A stretch of DNA of 64,000 nt from the NCBI GenBank assembly GCA_949358305.1, contig OX442314.1, positions 33,542,001-33,606,000 of the forward strand, given 5' to 3'. This DNA is from Strigamia acuminata. Its lineage: Eukaryota. The position numbers and the translations under genes are program-made. Of the stretch, positions 58,741 through 64,000 are shown piece by piece; within the stretch, counting starts at the first letter, position 1, and the number at the start of each line of letters is the position of its first letter. The notes under the pieces were generated by a model. It had not been told where the DNA came from and did no database searches. It worked only from the letters and a program-made list of their open reading frames with translations.

Positions 58741-61700
58741 ATGGACGCCCTTGATCGTTTGCGCGCTCAACAAGCCACGTCCAGAGAAGGAGCCAAGCAG
58801 TTATGTAATGCGGTACTCGTCGAATTAGCCAACGTTGCTCCAGAAATCCTCGCGTTGAAACGATTAAAAAACCAGTTGTTAGCAAAGAGTGAACAATTGA
58901 CAGCGCTCGACGATAAGATATCGCCGATGATTGTTACGCGTGCGGATTTGGAGAAAGAAGAAAGCGACAACGAAGATTTCCGTGAGTTGATAATCGACTC
59001 TCTTACCGATATTGAAGTCAAATTGGAAGAACTTTTACGGCCACCAGCACCAGTTATACCCCCAGCGATTCCAATCGGCGGCAGCGCCACGAGCAACTCA
59101 GGCGAAGGGACAATAAAGCTGCCAAAGTTAGTAATGCGGAATTTCAGCGGGAATCCTGTTGAGTGGTCAAAGTTTTGGTCCAATTTCGAGTTGAGTGTCC
59201 ACGGCAACGGTTCACTTACAGCAAAAGCCAAATTCGTATATTTGAACTCAGTTCTCGAAGGTACTGCAGCAACAGTTGTTCATGGTCTCAAAATCAGCGA
59301 TGAGAACTATGAAACTGCAGTGACTTTACTTCAAAATCGATTTGGGCGAAAAGAAGTCATTGTGAACGCTCACATTCAGACTTTGATGAAACTTAAACCA
59401 GTAAAACGAGTTAGCGACCTCGTTGAGTTGCGTAGACTCTACGACACATGCGAATTGCATATTCGAAGTCTCGAGACTGAAGAAATCGATACAGCCACGT
59501 TTGGAATTGTATTGTGTCCATTGATACGAAATGCGGTGCCTGACGTTATTGCACTTGATTTTGCACGCAAAAATAAAGAAAACACTCACGATATGAAACT
59601 GTTTTTGGAGTTTTTCAGAGCCGAACTGGAGTTACGAGAAGAACACGTAGCCGTGAGCGACCAGACAGAGAAACCAGCCGCCAAGACGTTCGTCGACTAC
59701 AAGAAGCCGACGCGTAACGACAAAATAGCCTCAGCCAATGCATTGACTACCAACGTTTCATCATCCAGTTGCGTATTCTGCGACGATGCGTCGCACAAGA
59801 AGGAAGATTGTCCGCTCAACATTCCAGATCGATTGAAGCGGTGCATGTCAAAACGAACGTGTTTTAGATGTTTGGGCAGCAAACATATGGCGCGCAGCTG
59901 TCCCCAGAAAGAGAAGTGTGTGAACTGTGAGCGGTTTCACCATATCCTGTTGTGCGAAGCGTCGAATACCAAGCCAGAGACCGTGCTTGTGTCGACGTTG
60001 ACAGCAGCAGCAATTACAGCAGAGAACACTGACTTATTTTTGCAAGTATTAATGACAAATGTGGAATCGAATTGTAAAACCAAGGCTGTGCAGTGCATGT
60101 TTGATGGCGGAAGCCACAGATCGTTTATTAGCCAGAAACTAGTGAATGAACTCGATGCCCAAGTAGTGGGAAAGCAAAATATGCAGATTTCCAGTTTTGG
60201 CGACTCTAAAACAGAGAGCGTTTGTCGTCGTCGCGTGAAAGTGACTTTAAGAAATATTACCGATACTAATAAGTTTGTTGATTTAGAATTGATCGAGGTG
60301 CCACGAATAACTCACTCAGTCGCGAGGCAGTCGGGTCCAAACGTGCGCGAGATGTTGCGCAAACACAAGATCACCTTAAATATCGACCAGATGTCGACCC
60401 AACAAGACGAGGTGGCAATTCTAATTGGAGCGGACCACTTTTGGCGTATCGTAACAGGCGAATCGAAACGTTTAGATGAGGGATTGATGTGTCTTCACAC
60501 GTCTCTCGGTTGGACAATCCACGGCGCGATCAGAAGCCAAGATGAAACGGTTAGACAGTCAGCAACCCACGTGAATCTTGTGCAGTATGAAGACCGACTC
60601 GACCACCTTCTTCAACGTTTTTGGGAGTTGGAAGCAGTAGGCATTCCCCACGAAACTCTCACCAGCGCCCAGGACGAAGATGATCAAGCAGTAGCAAAAT
60701 TTAAAGAGTCCATCAACTGGACGGGTGAGCGGTACGAGGTGCGACTGCCTTGGTTGCTGGACAAATCAGAGTTGGACAGCAACTATCAAATTGCACTTAA
60801 GAGACTGTGGAATCTTGTTCGCAAGTTTAAACAAAATCCGGACTTGTACCACCGCTATAAGAAGGTTCTGGACGACCAGAAAATCGCTGGAATAATCGAA
60901 ACGGCCCCAGAAGTAGCCAACCAGACTGGGTGTTACTACCTCCCACATCGACCAGTAATTCGAGAGCGGAGAAGCACCACAAAATTGCGCATAGTCTACG
61001 ACGCCTCGTCGCACGCGCAGAAGAGTCGCTCTCTCAACGACTGCCTGTTTACAGGGCCAAATCTCCTTCCAGAATTAATCAATGCCCTTTTATTTTTCAG
61101 ACAATTCATTGTGGCATTGATTGGAGACATTAAACAAGCGTTTCATCAAATTTTGCTGGCGTTAGCTGACCGAGATGCGGTGAGGTTTCTGTGGATCGCG
61201 GATGGATGGGACGTTGAAGGACCAATCGTGTTGGAGATTCTCCGACAAACCAGAGTCCTATTTGGAGCATCTCCAAGTCCCTATCTCTTGAACGGAACGA
61301 TACAACACCATCTCGAACAATATGCAGATCGTTTTCCCGAATTAATTATGAAATTGTTAAAGAGATTTTATGTTGATGACTTTTTGAACAGTGAAAAGAC
61401 AACAACAGAAGCCATTGATGTCTACAAGAAGACGTCAACAATCATGCTCGAAGCCAATATGGAACTAGTGAAGTCGTACAGCAATTCCCCAGTGCTACGA
61501 GAGCAATTTGCTGTTGACCATCCAACTGCAACGTTCGAAAGTGAGCAAAAAGTGTTGGGCCTGAAGTGGAATGGTGAGAGAGACGACTTGTCACTAGAAC
61601 TCGAGGATGTGAAAGCAACTTTGGAACGTGAATCGAACACTAAACGGCAGGTTATTCAATTGGTTGCACAGATCTTCGATCCGTTAGGATTTGCGTCGCC

Positions 61701-63939
61701 GTTTACAGTTTCAGGAAAGCTGTTTTTCCAGCAGTTGTGGAAATTGCAGATTGGATGGGACAGTCGTCTCTCCCTCGAACTTCTCGAACAGTGGGAGAAA
61801 TGGAAAAAGCAGTTGCCATTGTTGGAAAATATTTGCGTGCCACGACATTTTGGCTTGGATGCAGAATTGAATAATCACGAAATCCATCTGTTTTGTGATG
61901 CGAGCCCCTTAGCGTACGGGGTGGTGGCGTACAATCGTGTGCGTCACCCAAATGGAAGTTGTAATGTATTTTTTATTCTTTCCAAATGCAGGATCGCGCC
62001 AATTAAGACGATTACGTTGCCCAGACTCGAGTTGATGGGAGCTTTGCTGCTGGCCAGAATTGCGCACAGACTGAAACAATTCACCACTGCAAAAGTTACA
62101 GCTTGGACAGATTCGACAATCGTTTTGTGTTGGTTGAACGAGAAAAGGAAAGCCATTCCATTTGTAGCCAGGAGAGTGGAGGAAATCCAGATACACGTAC
62201 CTTTTTCGAGTTGGCGACACTGTCCAGGAGTCCAGAATCCAGCAGACCTTCTAACACGAGGGATAGATGCAGAGGCGTTGATTCAAGCGAATACGTGGTG
62301 GAATGGCCCCGAGTGGCTTGTGAAGGACGAGAACGAATGGCCAGACATTAAAATAGACGAGAATAGCGACGAGATCGATTCAGAGGACTATTTGGCAGCA
62401 GCAGCCGTGATTCCAGAGCCACCATTGATGGACGAGCCATCAAAATACGGCAGCTGGAGACGATTAGTACGAGTGACCGGATGGGTGCAAAGATTCGTCA
62501 AAAACACCAGAGACAAAGTTAGAAATGGCGCACCGTTGACGGTGGATGAATTATCGGCAGCAGAGCTTTATTGGCTTCGTGTAATGCAACAATCGAACTT
62601 TGCAACAGAACTCGCAGCACTCAGCCATCGTCAGGAGTTCGCTCATAACTCTTTTTTGAACAAAGTCTCGTGTTATATAGACGAAAATGGTTTAATGCGA
62701 TTGAATACCAGATTGCGATGGGCAAAAATCGACAGCAACATGAAAAATCCTTATGTTTTGCCCTCAAATCACATTTTAACCACTCTTATCGTTTCAGAAG
62801 CACATCAAAGAATTTTCCACGGTGGACAGGGAGAGACTTTGGCAGAAATTCGTCAAAAGTTTTGGATGCCAAAGCTGAGAAGGACAGTAAAAAGCGTGTT
62901 ACACAAATGTTTCGTGTGCAAGCGAGTGCAAGGACGTTTCGTGCGCCAGGCAGAATCATCGTTGCCACCAGATCGTGTCACTCAAGCTGAGCCATTTCAA
63001 GTCGTTGGAGTCGACTTCGCGGGCCCATTGTACCAACATAGTGGAAAAAAATGCTACATCGTCGTGTTCACGTGTGCGGTTGTTCGAGCCGTGCACTTGG
63101 AATTAGTTTCAAGCATGAATACGGAGCGATTCATTCAGGCATTGAAACGATTTTTTGCGCGCAGAGGAGTCCCAAGCACGATCTACTCCGACAATGCGCT
63201 GACGTTCAAGCGAACAGAGAAAGAACTTTGTGTTTTGTTGAATGCAGTGAGAGGCGAACAGATACAAGGATTTCTGACCGAACGAGGCGTGAAATGGCGG
63301 TATATAGTCGAACGTGCACCGTGGTGGGGTGGCTTTTGGGAGCGAATGGTGAAGTCAACTAAGTCCAGCTTGAAAAAAGTCTTGGGAAAGTCATCCCTAG
63401 ATTTTGAAGAATTGACAACCATTCTCTCGGAAGTCGAGTCGTGCATAAATTCGCGACCACTCTCCTACGTATACACTGAAGACGAAGACAGTCACCCACT
63501 CACTCCAGCTCATTTTCTGGTCGGAAAACGAAGCTGTACTTTGCCAGACCCCAGCCAAAAAACGATTCAACAGTTGCCATCGACATCAGTCACGATTTTG
63601 AAGCGTTGGAAACTCCGTCAACTGAAGTTAGGACATTGGTGGACGCGATGGCAAAAGGAATATCTCACCGAGCTGAGAGTTCACCGTAAAAATGATAAGA
63701 ATTCACGAGAAGTTAAACAAGGAGATGTAGTTCTCGTAGAAGAGTTAAACCAGCCCAGGATGACCTGGAAAATAGGAAGAGTCGTTGAGATATTCCGTGG
63801 ACGAGACGGTCGTGTTCGCGCATGTGAGATAAAGTTACCAGTCGGAAAGAACTTGCGTCGACCAGTACAGCGATTGTGCGTTCTGGAAACTCACGACATG
63901 GAAGAGTTGAGTGGTGATACCACTCCGGCCCCAGTGTGA
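58741..63939 (+). CDS. BEL/Pao gag-pol polyprotein (1732 aa from first ATG)
   Basis: IKLPKL..FSG...W..FW..F gag start; three Cys/His knuckles; FDGGS protease; [66 protein letters not shown] integrase. Confidence 0.97.
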   Translation: MDALDRLRAQQATSREGAKQLCNAVLVELANVAPEILALKRLKNQLLAKSEQLTALDDKISPMIVTRADLEKEESDNEDFRELIIDSLTDIEVKLEELLRPPAPVIPPAIPIGGSATSNSGEGTIKLPKLVMRNFSGNPVEWSKFWSNFELSVHGNGSLTAKAKFVYLNSVLEGTAATVVHGLKISDENYETAVTLLQNRFGRKEVIVNAHIQTLMKLKPVKRVSDLVELRRLYDTCELHIRSLETEEIDTATFGIVLCPLIRNAVPDVIALDFARKNKENTHDMKLFLEFFRAELELREEHVAVSDQTEKPAAKTFVDYKKPTRNDKIASANALTTNVSSSSCVFCDDASHKKEDCPLNIPDRLKRCMSKRTCFRCLGSKHMARSCPQKEKCVNCERFHHILLCEASNTKPETVLVSTLTAAAITAENTDLFLQVLMTNVESNCKTKAVQCMFDGGSHRSFISQKLVNELDAQVVGKQNMQISSFGDSKTESVCRRRVKVTLRNITDTNKFVDLELIEVPRITHSVARQSGPNVREMLRKHKITLNIDQMSTQQDEVAILIGADHFWRIVTGESKRLDEGLMCLHTSLGWTIHGAIRSQDETVRQSATHVNLVQYEDRLDHLLQRFWELEAVGIPHETLTSAQDEDDQAVAKFKESINWTGERYEVRLPWLLDKSELDSNYQIALKRLWNLVRKFKQNPDLYHRYKKVLDDQKIAGIIETAPEVANQTGCYYLPHRPVIRERRSTTKLRIVYDASSHAQKSRSLNDCLFTGPNLLPELINALLFFRQFIVALIGDIKQAFHQILLALADRDAVRFLWIADGWDVEGPIVLEILRQTRVLFGASPSPYLLNGTIQHHLEQYADRFPELIMKLLKRFYVDDFLNSEKTTTEAIDVYKKTSTIMLEANMELVKSYSNSPVLREQFAVDHPTATFESEQKVLGLKWNGERDDLSLELEDVKATLERESNTKRQVIQLVAQIFDPLGFASPFTVSGKLFFQQLWKLQIGWDSRLSLELLEQWEKWKKQLPLLENICVPRHFGLDAELNNHEIHLFCDASPLAYGVVAYNRVRHPNGSCNVFFILSKCRIAPIKTITLPRLELMGALLLARIAHRLKQFTTAKVTAWTDSTIVLCWLNEKRKAIPFVARRVEEIQIHVPFSSWRHCPGVQNPADLLTRGIDAEALIQANTWWNGPEWLVKDENEWPDIKIDENSDEIDSEDYLAAAAVIPEPPLMDEPSKYGSWRRLVRVTGWVQRFVKNTRDKVRNGAPLTVDELSAAELYWLRVMQQSNFATELAALSHRQEFAHNSFLNKVSCYIDENGLMRLNTRLRWAKIDSNMKNPYVLPSNHILTTLIVSEAHQRIFHGGQGETLAEIRQKFWMPKLRRTVKSVLHKCFVCKRVQGRFVRQAESSLPPDRVTQAEPFQVVGVDFAGPLYQHSGKKCYIVVFTCAVVRAVHLELVSSMNTERFIQALKRFFARRGVPSTIYSDNALTFKRTEKELCVLLNAVRGEQIQGFLTERGVKWRYIVERAPWWGGFWERMVKSTKSSLKKVLGKSSLDFEELTTILSEVESCINSRPLSYVYTEDEDSHPLTPAHFLVGKRSCTLPDPSQKTIQQLPSTSVTILKRWKLRQLKLGHWWTRWQKEYLTELRVHRKNDKNSREVKQGDVVLVEELNQPRMTWKIGRVVEIFRGRDGRVRACEIKLPVGKNLRRPVQRLCVLETHDMEELSGDTTPAPV

Positions 63940-64000
63940 AAACTGGCGTTGTTAGAAGTAACAAGGTCGCACGAGTTCGAGGGAAAGAGCACGGCGCAGC
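63935..64000 (+). repeat. 3' LTR of BEL/Pao element (partial)
   Basis: Identical to 58313-58378. Confidence 0.95.

Larger units (their letters stand above)
58313..64000 (+). mobile_element. BEL/Pao LTR retrotransposon, essentially complete (3' LTR cut by window end)
   Basis: 5' LTR 58313-58639, PBS, single gag-pol ORF, and a 3' LTR from 63935 identical to the 5' LTR over the 66 nt visible. Confidence 0.97.

Noticed and set aside
1..64000. tRNA, rRNA or snRNA genes
   Set aside because: None recognised; the tRNA-like strings at 46490 and 58642 are primer-binding sites only.

Overview
Eukaryotic (animal, probably arthropod) genomic DNA, AT-rich, with short GT-AG introns and many transposons. 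Host genes: a complete eyes absent (eya) gene (19830-26379, 8 coding exons, two further candidate first exons); intronless, diverged PABPN1-like (11825-12376) and U1-C/SNRPC-like (26861-27475) genes that share a homologous downstream block; and a small tandem family of type-II membrane proteins with sushi/CCP-like exons (5.2-11.3 kb) that only appears after manual splicing. Mobile DNA: two BEL/Pao LTR elements at the window ends, a full-length young Ty3/Gypsy element (45529-57858; 959-bp LTRs, AAGA TSD, -1 frameshift gag-pol), two solo LTRs, a 5'-truncated LINE, P-like and hAT-like non-autonomous elements, and a scrambled 17-kb array of duplicated modules carrying Copia RT, RING, protease and aquaporin relics. 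The most striking observation is that the Gypsy element carries a third gene downstream of pol that does not look like env. It can be spliced from three in-frame exons (54052-54100, 54167-54294, 54565-56847; 819 aa) across two sense-strand introns and is preceded by promoter-like motifs. All calls come from manual reading and motif recognition; no database searches were run.
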